Of a stretch of DNA of 49,223 nt, positions 38,561 to 49,223 are shown piece after piece. Source of the DNA: Octopus bimaculoides (lineage: Eukaryota); NCBI RefSeq assembly GCF_001194135.2, contig NC_068994.1, positions 33,128,105-33,177,327 of the forward strand, in the 5' to 3' direction. The notes beneath the pieces were generated by a model that had not been told where the DNA came from, did no database searches, and saw only the letters and a program-made list of their open reading frames with translations. The position numbers and the translations under genes were made by a program. Position 1 is the first letter of the stretch. Every line of letters starts with the position of its first letter.

Positions 38561-38962
38561 TACATTCACACAACACACACATACACGTATATACACACAT
38601 ATATGTACATATGCACAATATGTTGTGGAGAGTAAATGAGCGATGAACCAAACTAGTTTCTCTCCTGTAATGGGATTTCTTCAACAACTAAGTCCACTCT
38701 TTAAGCTGTCACATGGATACTGTTAATAAATCAACTATTTCAAAGAGCTTAAGCACATCAGATAAATTGATTTGCATAAATTTTGTATTTTGACAGCTAG
38801 ATCAATTAATAAATTGCTGTTAAATTAACATTGTTTCATTTCAGTGTTATGCTGTTGTATAGCTGATGTCTGTACCACAGTTAAAGAAAGTATGTAGTCG
38901 TTAAAGAAATTTCAACATAGGCTGACAAACATACAGAAAATAGACAGATAGACAGATAGATG

Positions 38963-39071
<109 letters not shown>

Positions 39072-39765
39072 AGACAGACAGATAAATAGATTATAGTTAG
39101 ATAGATAGATAGATAGATAGTCAGACAGATAGTTAGGCAGTCAGTTAGAAAAATAGATAAATAAATAGATAGATACATGTGTAGATGGATAGACAAATAG
39201 ATGGATAGGTAGATTTAAAGATGGAGAAACAAATAGACAGTCAAGCTGGCAGGTAGACAGATAGACAGATAAACAAATTGACATTCAGACCAACAGACTG
39301 AAAGACAGTCAAACAGTCAGACAGGTAGACAGATATTGAGACAGATCATNNNNNNNNNNNNNNNNNNNNNNNNNNNNNNNNNNNNNNNNNNNNNNNNNNN
39401 NNNNNNNNNNNNNNNNNNNNNNNNNNNNNNNNNNNNNNNNNNNNNNNNNNNNNNNNNNNNNNNNNNNNNNNNNNNNNNNNNNNNNNNNNNNNNNNNNNNN
39501 NNNNNNNNNNNNNNNNNNNNNNNNNNNNNNNNNNNNNNNNNNNNNNNNNNNNNNNNNNNNNNNNNNNNNNNNNNNNNNNNNNNNNNNNNNNNNNNNNNNN
39601 NNNNNNNNNNNNNNNNNNNNNNNNNNNNNNNNNNNNNNNNNNNNNNNNNNNNNNNNNNNNNNNNNNNNNNNNNNNNNNNNNNNNNNNNNNNNNNNNNNNN
39701 NNNNNNNNNNNNNNNNNNNNNNNNNNNNNNNNNNNNNNNNNNNNNNNNNNNNNNNNNNNNNNNNN

Positions 39766-39796
<31 letters not shown>

Positions 39797-40033
39797 TTAG
39801 ATAACTAGTACAGACAAAAATAGAAAACTGTGATGCAAACACTTATAACTTTTAATCAGTAAAAACATCAACATTTTTGCTATATTTAAAGTGAATTGTC
39901 CAAGTGTGCTCCTTCTATCGCCGAACTGGTACGCAGTCTCTTGAGTATTTCTAACATAAATCAGTTGTCAAGGGTGGAACCAAAAAATGGCATAGTCACA
40001 GACAGTACAGATAGTTTGTTAAATATGGCTCAC

Positions 40034-40191
40034 CTGGGAATAAACACAAAAGCGACAATAAGAACAATATATTGCAATGCATAACAACAAGCATATGAGG
40101 AACCTTCGATGTGACCACTCAATGTGTTAAGTATAGCAACCAAATTTCTCTCAAGAGGAAAGTCATTTTGGATGATGAAGTTATACATACA
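40034..40191 (-). CDS. Candidate exon, possibly carrying a start codon and signal peptide
   Basis: Strong acceptor ttttgtttttgtctacag|T and donor CCCAG|gtgagc. ATG at 40094 gives MLVVMHCNILFLLSLLCLFP-G with a phase-1 intron; another frame is open throughout the exon. Confidence 0.4.
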
Positions 40192-40293
40192 CTGTAGACA
40201 AAAACAAAAATAAACTCGGTAAATATCACTGGTTATTTGAATATTTATATACCATGTTAATGGATACTGGCATTCCATTAGTTATGATGATGT

Positions 40294-40585
40294 GTGTTCC
40301 AGTTAATTCGATCAATAGAACAGCTTGTTCGTGAAATTAATATGCTAGTGGCTGAGAACTCCACAGACATGCACACCCTCAACGTAGTTCCCGGAGAGAT
40401 TCGACGGGACACAGAATGTGAGGAGGCTGGTCTTTGTAATACAGGTACTACTCAATTTTGCCAGCTGAGTAAACTGGTGCAACATGAAATAAAGTGTCTT
40501 GCTCAAGAACAAAATATGTTGCGGAGAATCGAACTCATGTCCTTATGATTGCGGACCAAATGCCCTAACCACTAAGCTAGATGCC
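40294..40585 (-). mobile_element. tRNA-derived SINE (family F) sharing head and V-like segment with family E
   Basis: cagctgagtaaactggtgcaacatgaaataaagtgtcttgctcaagaac...gaatcgaactc...ccctaaccactaagc, with a different 3' body. Confidence 0.75.
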
Positions 40586-40587
40586 AT

Positions 40588-40626
<39 letters not shown>

Positions 40627-41138
40627 TAATTTATAATATTATTATTTAATTGAATGCCATGCATCCATTTCCAAGTAAGATTATGTATATATATATATAT
40701 TTGAAATTTACAGAAAAACAAAAGATGAAGACAGGTATATAAACAACAAGCAGGTGTATTAGTTTGATGCTCAAAGTCTTTTATGTTTGAAGCCTTTACT
40801 CTTCAAGAGAAAGGAACACAAGGAAATAAACAGAGAGAGAATGATAAAAAACTTGTGGATTTAGTGCTCAGTCATGGCGACCGGTTTATTATATATATAT
40901 ATATATATATATATNNNNNNNNNNNNNNNNNNNNNNNNNNNNNNNNNNNNNNNNNNNNNNNNNNNNNNNNNNNNNNNNNNNNNNNNNNNNNNNNNNNNNN
41001 NNNNNNNNNNNNNNNNNNNNNNNNNNNNNNNNNNNNNNNNNNNNNNNNNNNNNNNNNNNNNNNNNNNNNNNNNNNNNNNNNNNNNNNNNNNNNNNNNNNN
41101 NNNNNNNNNNNNNNNNNNNNNNNNNNNNNNNNNNNNNN

Positions 41139-41463
41139 AATAGCCTGGGCAAAGTTTAGAGAGCTCTTACCCCTGCTGGCGACAAAGGGACTCTCACTCA
41201 GAGTAAAAGGCAGACTGTATGACGCATGTGTACGAACAGCCATGCTACATGGCAGTGAAACATGGGCTGTAACTGCTGAGGACATACGTAAGCTCGCAAG
41301 GAATGAAGCCAGTATGCTCCGTTGGATGTGTAATGTCAATGTGAATACCCGTCAGAGTGTAAGTATCTTGAGAGAAAAGCTGAACATTAGAAGCATCAGT
41401 TGTGGTGTGCAAGAGAGACGATTGCGCTGGTATGGACATGTGGTGAGAATGGATGAGGATAGC
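41139..41463 (+). mobile_element. Young RTE LINE internal fragment (5' part in gap, 3' end absent)
   Basis: AWAKFRELLPLLATKGLSLRVKGRLYDACVRTAMLHGSETWAVTAEDIRKLARNEASMLRWMC...; 158 nt overlap the 34180-34337 copy with 2 mismatches. Confidence 0.92.
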
Positions 41464-41535
41464 AGTTATGTTAATGTGAATAGGAAAAGTAGAACTCAAA
41501 ATATGAATATATACATATATATATATATATATATA

Positions 41536-41917
41536 TGTGGTAAGTAGCTTGCTTACCAACCACATGGATCCGGGTTCATTCCCACTGTGTGGCATCTTGG
41601 GCAAGTGTCTTCTACTATAGCCTCGGGCCAACCAAAACCTTGTGAGTGGATTTGGTAGACGGAAACTGAAAGAAGCCCATCGTATATATGTATATATATA
41701 TGTATGTATGTGTGTGTATATATTTGTCTCCCCAACATCATTTGACAACCGATGCTGGTGTGTTTACATCCCTGTAACTTAGCGGTGCGGCAAAAGGGAC
41801 CGATAGAATAAGTACTAGGCTTCCAAAGAATAAGTCCTGGGGTCGATTTGCTTGACTAAAGGCGGTGCTCCAGCATGGCCACAGTCAAATGACTGAAACA
41901 AATAAAAGAGTATAAGA

Positions 41918-41920
<3 letters not shown>
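41536..41920 (+). mobile_element. Family A SINE, near full length, low divergence
   Basis: gtggtaagtagcttgcttaccaaccacatgg...cttgggcaagtgtcttctactatagcctcgggcc...ggcggtgctccagcatggccacagtcaaatgactgaaac. Confidence 0.9.
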
Positions 41921-41961
<41 letters not shown>

Positions 41962-41983
41962 CTATATGTATGTATGTATATAC

Positions 41984-42213
41984 AGAGTTCTTGTTTCAGT
42001 CTGATTGTTTGGCATCTTTGACAAGTGTCTTTTACTGTGGGCCAAAGCATCATGAGTGAATTTGGTTGATGGAAACTGAAAGTAGCCTGTTGTATATTTA
42101 GGTGTGTGTGTCTTTGCATTTATTTGCCTCCCCCAACAGTGTAATAATTGGTGTTGGTTTATTTATGTCTCCATAACTTAGCCGTTCTGCAAAAGAGACT
42201 GATATAATAAGTA
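41984..42213 (+). mobile_element. Family A SINE, old diverged copy
   Basis: gatggaaactgaaagtagcctgttgtata...ccataacttagccgttctgcaaaagagactgatataataagta. Confidence 0.6.
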
Positions 42214-42329
42214 AAATGAGAGTGACAGGTGCTAGAGATGATATCACACACTCTCTCACACACACACACACTTTCTCACTCTCTCTCTCTCTCTTTCAAT
42301 ATGTAGGAAAGAAATAAGGAAGAAAGAAA

Positions 42330-42557
42330 GGAGGGAAGAAAGGAAGGAAGGCAGAAAAACGAAGACAGAAAATGTTGAGAGAAGGAGGAGAAGAGAAAAG
42401 AATGAAAAGAAGATGAAAAATGAAGAAAAAGAAGTTGGAAAGAGGAGGAGAAAAAGGAGGAAATGGGGTGGAAGAGAAAGAAGAGGAGGAGGGGGAGGAG
42501 GAGTGGGAGAAGAAGAAGAAGAAGAAGAAGAAGAAGGAGAGGAAGAATAATAATAAT

Positions 42558-42600
<43 letters not shown>

Positions 42601-42720
42601 GAAAGAAGAAGAAGAAGAAGAAGAAGAAGAAGAAAAAGAAGAAATGGAAGAAGAAGAAAAAGAAGAAATGGAAGAAGAAGAAGAAGAAAAAGAAGAAGAA
42701 GAAGAAAAAGAAGAAGACTA
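42330..42720. repeat. Polypurine (GAA/GGA)n tract
   Basis: About 390 bp, almost purine-only on the plus strand. Confidence 0.95.
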
Positions 42721-42959
42721 CAGAAACAAATAACCAGCCGAATAACTATCATAAATAAATAAATAAAGAAGGAAAATAAATCAGTGAATGAAATTATGAA
42801 GGAGAGAAGTGATAAAATAGACAGGAAGTAAAATTTCTTACATTTTTCAATAATCAATTCCGACAGAAAATCTATACACTTGGTAACTCTAGTGACATAG
42901 AGTGGTGTAGAACATATTCTATGTCTTTACATGTGTATGTGTGGGTGTACATGTGTGGG

Positions 42960-43073
42960 TATATATGTGTGTGTGTGAGTGTATGACAATGACTGTGTCT
43001 GTGTGTGTATCTTTGTGTGTGTGTGTGTGAATATATATGCATGTGTGCGCATACAAGTATGTGTGACTGTGTA

Positions 43074-43115
<42 letters not shown>

Positions 43116-43380
43116 AGTGTGTGTGTGTGTGTGCGTGTGTTTATGGATATATGTGTTTAAGTATGTGCATATATGTGTGAGTGTATGACGGTGTGTGTGT
43201 CTCTGTGTGTGTGTGTGTGTGTATCTATGTGAGTATGCGTGAATTTATATGCATGTATGTGCATACAAGTATGTGTGACTATGTATATGTATATATATAT
43301 ATGTGTGTGAGTGTGTGTGTGTGTGTGTGCGTTTATGGATATATGTGTATAAGTATGTGTATATATGTGTGAGTGCATGT
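42960..43380. repeat. Higher-order tandem repeat (about 210-215-bp unit) built of TA/TG microsatellites
   Basis: gcatacaagtatgtgtgact and tttatggatatatgtgt each recur about 200 bp apart. Confidence 0.7.
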
Positions 43381-44389
43381 ATATACATGCCTGTGTAGGT
43401 GTATATATGTATGTAATTGTGGATATATGAGTATGTGTCTATGTGAGTATAGATGTATGTGTGTTTGTGGATATATATATGTGTGCGTNNNNNNNNNNNN
43501 NNNNNNNNNNNNNNNNNNNNNNNNNNNNNNNNNNNNNNNNNNNNNNNNNNNNNNNNNNNNNNNNNNNNNNNNNNNNNNNNNNNNNNNNNNNNNNNNNNNN
43601 NNNNNNNNNNNNNNNNNNNNNNNNNNNNNNNNNNNNNNNNNNNNNNNNNNNNNNNNAGGTGTATATATGAATGTGTTTGTGGATGTATATGTGTGTCTGT
43701 GAGTATAGATGTGTGTATGTGTGTATATATATACAGCTGTAAGTATTTGTGGATATGTGTGTATATGTGTGAATGTATACACCTGAGCATATGTGTGTGT
43801 ATATACCTATGCATATATGTGTATGTGTTTGTAGATATGTCTGGGGGAGCAGATATGTCAATATGTATGTCTGTATGTGTATATGTTTATATGTGTATGC
43901 ATATATGTTTGTGTGTATGTGTGTGTTGCTGGGAATGTGTCTGCATGGTTGTGTGAGTGTTTGTGAATGTGGAAGCATGTGTGTATGTATGTTTGTGTAC
44001 TTATAATTGTATGTGTGCTTATGTGTATGTATGTATGTGTCAGCATGTGAAAGAGAGAGAGAGAAAGAGAGAGAGAGAGGGACAATGAAAGAAAGACACA
44101 GTAAAAGAGGGGGATAGTAAGAGAGAGAGAAGGAGAGAATGCCTGTGTGTGTATGTATGTGAACATGTAAGTGTGTATGCATATATATGTGTGAGCATGT
44201 AAGTGTATATATATGTATTTGAATGTATGAGTGAGCGTGTGTACATTCTAATATGTTGTGGTGTTTCTTTGCTCCCTGAAAAAACTGATGGATTTGACAA
44301 ATATTGGTTCCAAAAACCACCCAGCACCATGTCGTGGAGACAACATACCTAGATGCACAGGCAGTACCCGAGTAGACCAAAGAAAGATA

Positions 44390-44695
44390 TCATCATCATC
44401 ATCATCATTTAACATCATCATCATCATTTAACATCTGTTGTCTACACTGGCATGGGTTGGATGGTTTGACCAAGACTGGTAAGCTGACTCCGGTCTGATT
44501 TGATATGGTTTCTATGGCTGGATGTCCTTCCTAACACCAACCACTTCGAGAGTGTAATGGGTGCTTTTTATGTGCCACCAGCATGGGTGCCAGTTGTGTG
44601 ACACTAGTATCTGTCACAGCTATGATTTCACTTGGCTTGATGGGTCTTTTCAAGCACACCATATTGCCAAAGGTTTTGGTCATTTGTCATTGCCT
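44390..44695 (-). mobile_element. RTE 3'UTR (family B) copy
   Basis: ctatggctggatgtccttcctaacaccaaccacttcgagagtgtaatgggtgctttttatgtgccacc. Confidence 0.8.
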
Positions 44696-44704
44696 ATATC
44701 ATCT

Positions 44705-45121
44705 ATACTCTTTACTCTTTACTCTTTACTCTTTTACTTGTTTCAGTCATTTGACTGCGGCCATGCTGGAGCACCGCCTTTAGTCGAGCAAATAGACCCC
44801 AGGACTTATTCTTTGTAAGCCTAGTACTTATTCTATCAGTCTCTTTTGCCGAACCGCTAAGTTACGGGGGCACAAACACACTACCATCGGTTGTCAAGCG
44901 ATGTTGGGGAGACAAACAGACACACAAACATATACACACACATATGCATACATATATATATATATACGACAGGCTTCTTTCAGTTTCCGTCTACCAAATC
45001 CACTCACAAGGCTTTGGTCGGCCTGAGGCTATAGTAGAAGACACTTGCCCAAGGTGCCACACAGAGGGACTGAACCCGGAACCATGTGGTTGGTAAGCAA
45101 GCTACTTACCACACAGCCACT
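44705..45121 (-). mobile_element. Family A SINE, full length, youngest-looking copy, with (TACTCTT)n tail
   Basis: Reverse-complement head AGTGGCTGTGTGGTAAG...GGGTTCAGTCCC; CpGs retained throughout. Confidence 0.92.
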
Positions 45122-45249
45122 TATGCACCTATAGGAACTTTTATGACTGACTTGTGACATAGACAACATATCTAGATACAGTTAGTTCTAGTTCGTGATA
45201 TGCTATTTCTGAGTAATGCATGGATTGGTCAACCGAGATCATAAAACCA

Positions 45250-45495
45250 AGGTGCCATGTAAAAAGCTTAGGTGTGGGTGCTGGTGCCACGTAAAAGGCA
45301 CTGGCGAAAGTGCCACATAAAAAGCACCCAGTACACTCTGTGGAGTGGTTGGCATTAGGAAGGGCATCCAGCTGTAGAAACCAAACCAAAACAGACTATG
45401 GAACCTTGTGCAGCCACTGGCCTTGCCAGTTTCTGTCAAGCTGTCCAATCCATGCCAGCATGAGAAATGGACGTTAAATGTTGTTGATGGTGATG

Positions 45496-45527
<32 letters not shown>

Positions 45528-45556
45528 GATGATAATGATGATGATGATGATTATGG

Positions 45557-45602
<46 letters not shown>
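45250..45602 (+). mobile_element. RTE 3'UTR (family B) copy with a long (GAT)n tail
   Basis: ggagtggttggcattaggaagggcatccagctgtagaaacc...ggacgttaaatg, followed by (GAT)n. Confidence 0.85.
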
Positions 45603-46029
45603 AGGGTTACTGGATGAGGTTTGAATCATCCCTGGGTTGAACAACAGCAATAAAACTATTTAATTTCATAGTAATCCTGCCGCGTCTTAGTCCGGTGTTC
45701 TCCCATGGCTTTCCCTTTACTTCCAGGTGGACTTCTTCATTTGCAAGTTAATTGTATTGCCAATGCATAATGATGATCATCAGTGTTGGTGAAGGAATAT
45801 ACAATGAAGCAATGTCCTTTCGGCTGGAAATTCAATACTTTGTGCGATCAACTAAATGCATCTCTCGCCATCTCTTTCTCTGTCACTCTTGCTCTTGCAG
45901 ACACCGGTTTCCCTCTTCACTCTGTTTATATACATACATATATACACATAAACATACATATGTCCATACATATATACATATGTACATACGTATATACACA
46001 CACACACACACACTTACACATACACATCA

Positions 46030-46124
46030 CTCTGTCTATCAATCTAATCAATCTATCTATCTTTTTCTCCCTCTCTCTCTCTCACTCTCACTATACGCAC
46101 ACACATACGCACAGATACACACAG

Positions 46125-46157
<33 letters not shown>

Positions 46158-46391
46158 TATCAATCTATCTATCAATCTAATCAATCTGTCTATCAATCTA
46201 ATCAATCTATCTATCTTTTTCTCCTTCTCTCTCTCTCTCTCACACTATACGCACACACACAAGCACAGACACACAGAGACACACAGACACACACACAGAC
46301 ACACACAGAGACACACACATCAATCTATCAATCAATCTAATCAATCTATCTATCTCTTTCTCCCTCTCTCCCTCTCTCACTACACACACAA

Positions 46392-46420
<29 letters not shown>
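46030..46420. repeat. Higher-order tandem repeat, three units of compound microsatellites
   Basis: tcaatctaatcaatctatctatct-(t/c)tttctcc-(CT)n-cacta-(CA)n repeated three times. Confidence 0.8.
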
Positions 46421-46422
<2 letters not shown>

Positions 46423-46611
46423 CAAATCAAATAAATTAATGTTAAAAATAACAATTGCAAATAACAAGAAGACGTCCACATGGAATGTATTAGTTAGACG
46501 CATGGTAAGAAGAGAGAGTTTTTTGATGTTTGGAGAGCAAAGCTCTTCACTGGAAAGGAAGACAATATGTATGTATGCTTGTATGTATGTATATATATAT
46601 GAATATATATT

Positions 46612-46829
46612 GGAGAGGCTGTGTGGTAAGTAGCTTGCTTACCAACCACATGTTTCCGGGTTCAGTCCCACTGCGTGGCACCTTGGGNNNNNNNNNNTTG
46701 GTGTGTTTACATCCCCGTAACTTAGTTGTTTGCCAAAAGAGCCTGATAGAATAAGTACTAGGTTTACAAAGAATAAGTCTCGGGATCGATTTGTTCAATT
46801 AAAGGCTGTGCTCCAGCATGGCTGTAGTC
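46612..46829 (+). mobile_element. Family A SINE, middle collapsed into a 10-N gap
   Basis: ggctgtgtggtaagtagcttgc...ggcaccttggg NNN ttggtgtgtttacatcccc...gctccagcatggctgtagtc. Confidence 0.85.
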
Positions 46830-46899
46830 CCCTTCTCTCCTCCTCATCCTCCTGCTCCTCCTCCCCTCATCTCCCTACCCTTTGTTGTCGTCATTGTCG

Positions 46900-46936
<37 letters not shown>

Positions 46937-47747
46937 CTATGTAGAATCTTTGGTGATTTTAATGGAGGCCACTTAGTTGCAATTATTTGGGCCAGGTTTC
47001 TAGTTTCAAGCATACATTCCTTCTCTTTCCTCCTTGCATCAACCTCTGGAGCTTTTGCAAAGGGTCACAGGCACTGCCTGTCCTCCACCTCCACTAAAAT
47101 ATTAACAACAACAAATTATATACATGGGCTTTGTTTGCAAAATCTGATCATTCCAATCCTCTTGCTTCTTGCCAAAGAAACAAAGAAACAAAAAACAAAA
47201 AACGAAATAACAAAAAACAGGAAACAGAAAAAAACTGAGAAAAAATATGACCATTATATAAAAAAAAAAAAAACTTACTCCACCATGCCAGTCATGGCCA
47301 GCTCAAAACACCCCACCACACACACACAACATCGGTCTCTTTTGTCTCCATCATCCATCATCCATCAACCACTGCCTCCCCCACCCCACCCCCACCATGA
47401 CGACGACGACCACCAACATCACCAAGGCCAAAATGACCACCACCACGACTCTCCCCCTACTAGTTTTGTTTTACATATATTTGTCATAGAGGCGTTTGGA
47501 TGAAGTGAACCTTAGAAAGACAGGTTACATGGAGGAGATGGTGGAGGCGGAAGTGGTGGTGGTGGTGGTGGTGGTGCACCTAAAATGTGATGAGGAGTAA
47601 GACGAAGAAGGTGGGAAAAAAATGTAAAAAGGAATGCAATAACATGTATACATAATGTACCGTCGTCATCATCATCACCCTCACCACCACCACCACCACC
47701 ACCATCATCATTATTACAAATTATCATCATCATTGCTATTATTATTA

Positions 47748-47916
47748 TTAGAAATCATCATCATCATCATCATCATCATCGTCACCACTACCACCACCAC
47801 CACCACCATCGTTGTTGTTGTTGTTCGAGTATTTGTTCCGCCCGAGTTGCACAGAAAATATCTTGTCACTCTCAACATTGTTTGTGCAGTGAACCAGCGA
47901 CTGTCCCGTCAGAAAC
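47748..47916 (-). other. Candidate exon (coding or UTR), unidentified
   Basis: Long pyrimidine-rich tract then ttacag|G; CpG-rich unique sequence; one frame reads FLTGQSLVHCTNNVESDKIFSVQLGRNKYSNNNNNDGGGG...F*. No clear donor site. Confidence 0.25.
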
Positions 47917-48249
47917 CTGTAACCAATGATGTTATTATCCACAAAATGAGATACGAAATAAAGAAACGGAAAATAAAGAAAAAACACAAGGAATGATTGC
48001 ATTTTGAACAGAGACTCCCACCCATCCGAATCCAACACAAAAAAAAAGATTATATTTGCCCTGAATACAGGGAGGTAGGGGTCTTTTGCAAGGAGAAAAC
48101 TACTGTAACATAATGTACAGGAAAAAAGATTTCCAAAAATATCAAAAAATATCTCGTAAAGAATAACAGAAAAATACTTATAAAATGGCTATAGCTACGT
48201 GAACCTAATGGAAAACAATTTTTTGTCTTGTCTTCCAGAAAGCCATAAT

Positions 48250-48448
48250 CATTCATGGTTCAAATGGACTCTAGTAGAGCTAGATTTTCTATGGCAGGAT
48301 GCTCTTCCTGTTGCTAACATTCAACTGTTTTCAAGCAATGTGTTATTTTCCCTGTGTATGACTTTTGCAGAAGATTTGAGATGAATAATATTACCTCTAT
48401 GATTAAGATGCTCATTTGCAGTTGTGGGGTGATATCTAGGCAAGGGTG
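48250..48448 (-). mobile_element. Family C SINE, diverged
   Basis: gattttctatggcaggatgctcttcctgttgctaac...actgttttcaagcaa...attttccc. Confidence 0.65.
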
Positions 48449-48480
48449 CACACACACATGCATGCACGCATGCAAACACA

Positions 48481-48533
<53 letters not shown>

Positions 48534-48551
48534 GAAGACGATGATTGCTTG

Positions 48552-48720
48552 ATCTGTTAGAAATAGCGGTCAAATTTTCCCTCATATCACACATGTTCCA
48601 GAAAGAAAGGGCCAGTCTGAGGAAAAAGAAAAAGCGGAACTAACAGTAGGATGGTCATGGCCGGAATGCCTTTGACTCTAACTATGATTGATCAGTGTAG
48701 ATCTGGGTTAACAACATCAG
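48552..48720 (+). repeat. Family J dispersed repeat
   Basis: ctgttagaaatagcggtcaaat...ggatggtcatggccggaatgcctttga...gatctgggttaacaac. Confidence 0.55.
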
Positions 48721-48986
48721 TTGCTGTCGCACCCAGTAACACCGGCACCACCATCACCACCACCACCATTATTCCCACTACCATCACAACTAACAACAAC
48801 AACAATACCACCAATAACAACAAACATACTACAATTAGCAATAGTAAACTATTGCCACCATCATCACAACCATCACCATTGCTTTACACCATCACTCTCA
48901 CCACCACCACCTTACCATCGACACCACCACCACCACTGTTATAAGCAATTCAGAAGACACTACTGTCACTAAAACCACCGGCACTA

Positions 48987-49223
48987 CCATCACCTTCAGC
49001 CACAAGCACCATCATCATCACTACCACCACCATCACCATCATTACCATCATCATCCTCATCATCATCATCATCATCATCATCGTCATTGGCATCATTGTT
49101 GTCATCGTCACCAGTACCACCATCACCTTCAGCCACAAGCACCATCATCATCACTACCACCACCATCACCATCATTACCATCATCATCCTCATCATCATC
49201 ATCATCATCATCATCGTCATTGG
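48987..49223. repeat. 133-bp tandem duplication of a (CAT/CAC) mosaic; window ends in the second copy
   Basis: ccatcaccttcagccacaagcacc at 48987 and 49120. Confidence 0.85.

Noticed and set aside
42276-42857. Poly-Leu, poly-Lys and poly-Arg ORFs
   Set aside because: Products of the (GAA)n tract.
46730-47503. 257-aa plus-strand ORF
   Set aside because: Starts inside a SINE, runs through (CAT)n, poly-A and (CAC)n tracts; no recognisable domain.

Overview
Eukaryotic, AT-rich, extremely microsatellite-dense genomic DNA with about 16 assembly gaps, most flanked by (TA)n. The SINE, LINE and simple-repeat make-up looks like a coleoid cephalopod, probably Octopus (pattern recognition only, no database search). 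Almost every ORF in the supplied track is a microsatellite or N-gap artefact. The real content is transposable elements: several tRNA-derived SINE families, RTE LINE fragments (including a young pair with 156/158 identity), a CR1/L2-group RT remnant, a decayed Ty3/Gypsy gag-protease plus LTR, a hAT remnant with an 8-bp TSD, and a Tigger/pogo-type non-autonomous element with a TA TSD. No host gene is confidently identifiable; three weak minus-strand exon candidates (one encoding a signal-peptide-like start) may belong to a long-intron gene. The most interesting signal is a set of sequence-unrelated, minimal type I hammerhead-ribozyme motifs of the Penelope-like-element type at 4.55, 7.7, 19.9, 21.06 and 21.4 kb. 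Two of them face outward from a 575-bp near-perfect foldback element and carry a C instead of U at core position 4. A perfect 21-bp hairpin has also arisen inside a SINE, apparently by template switching. There is no CRISPR array, rRNA or bona fide tRNA gene.
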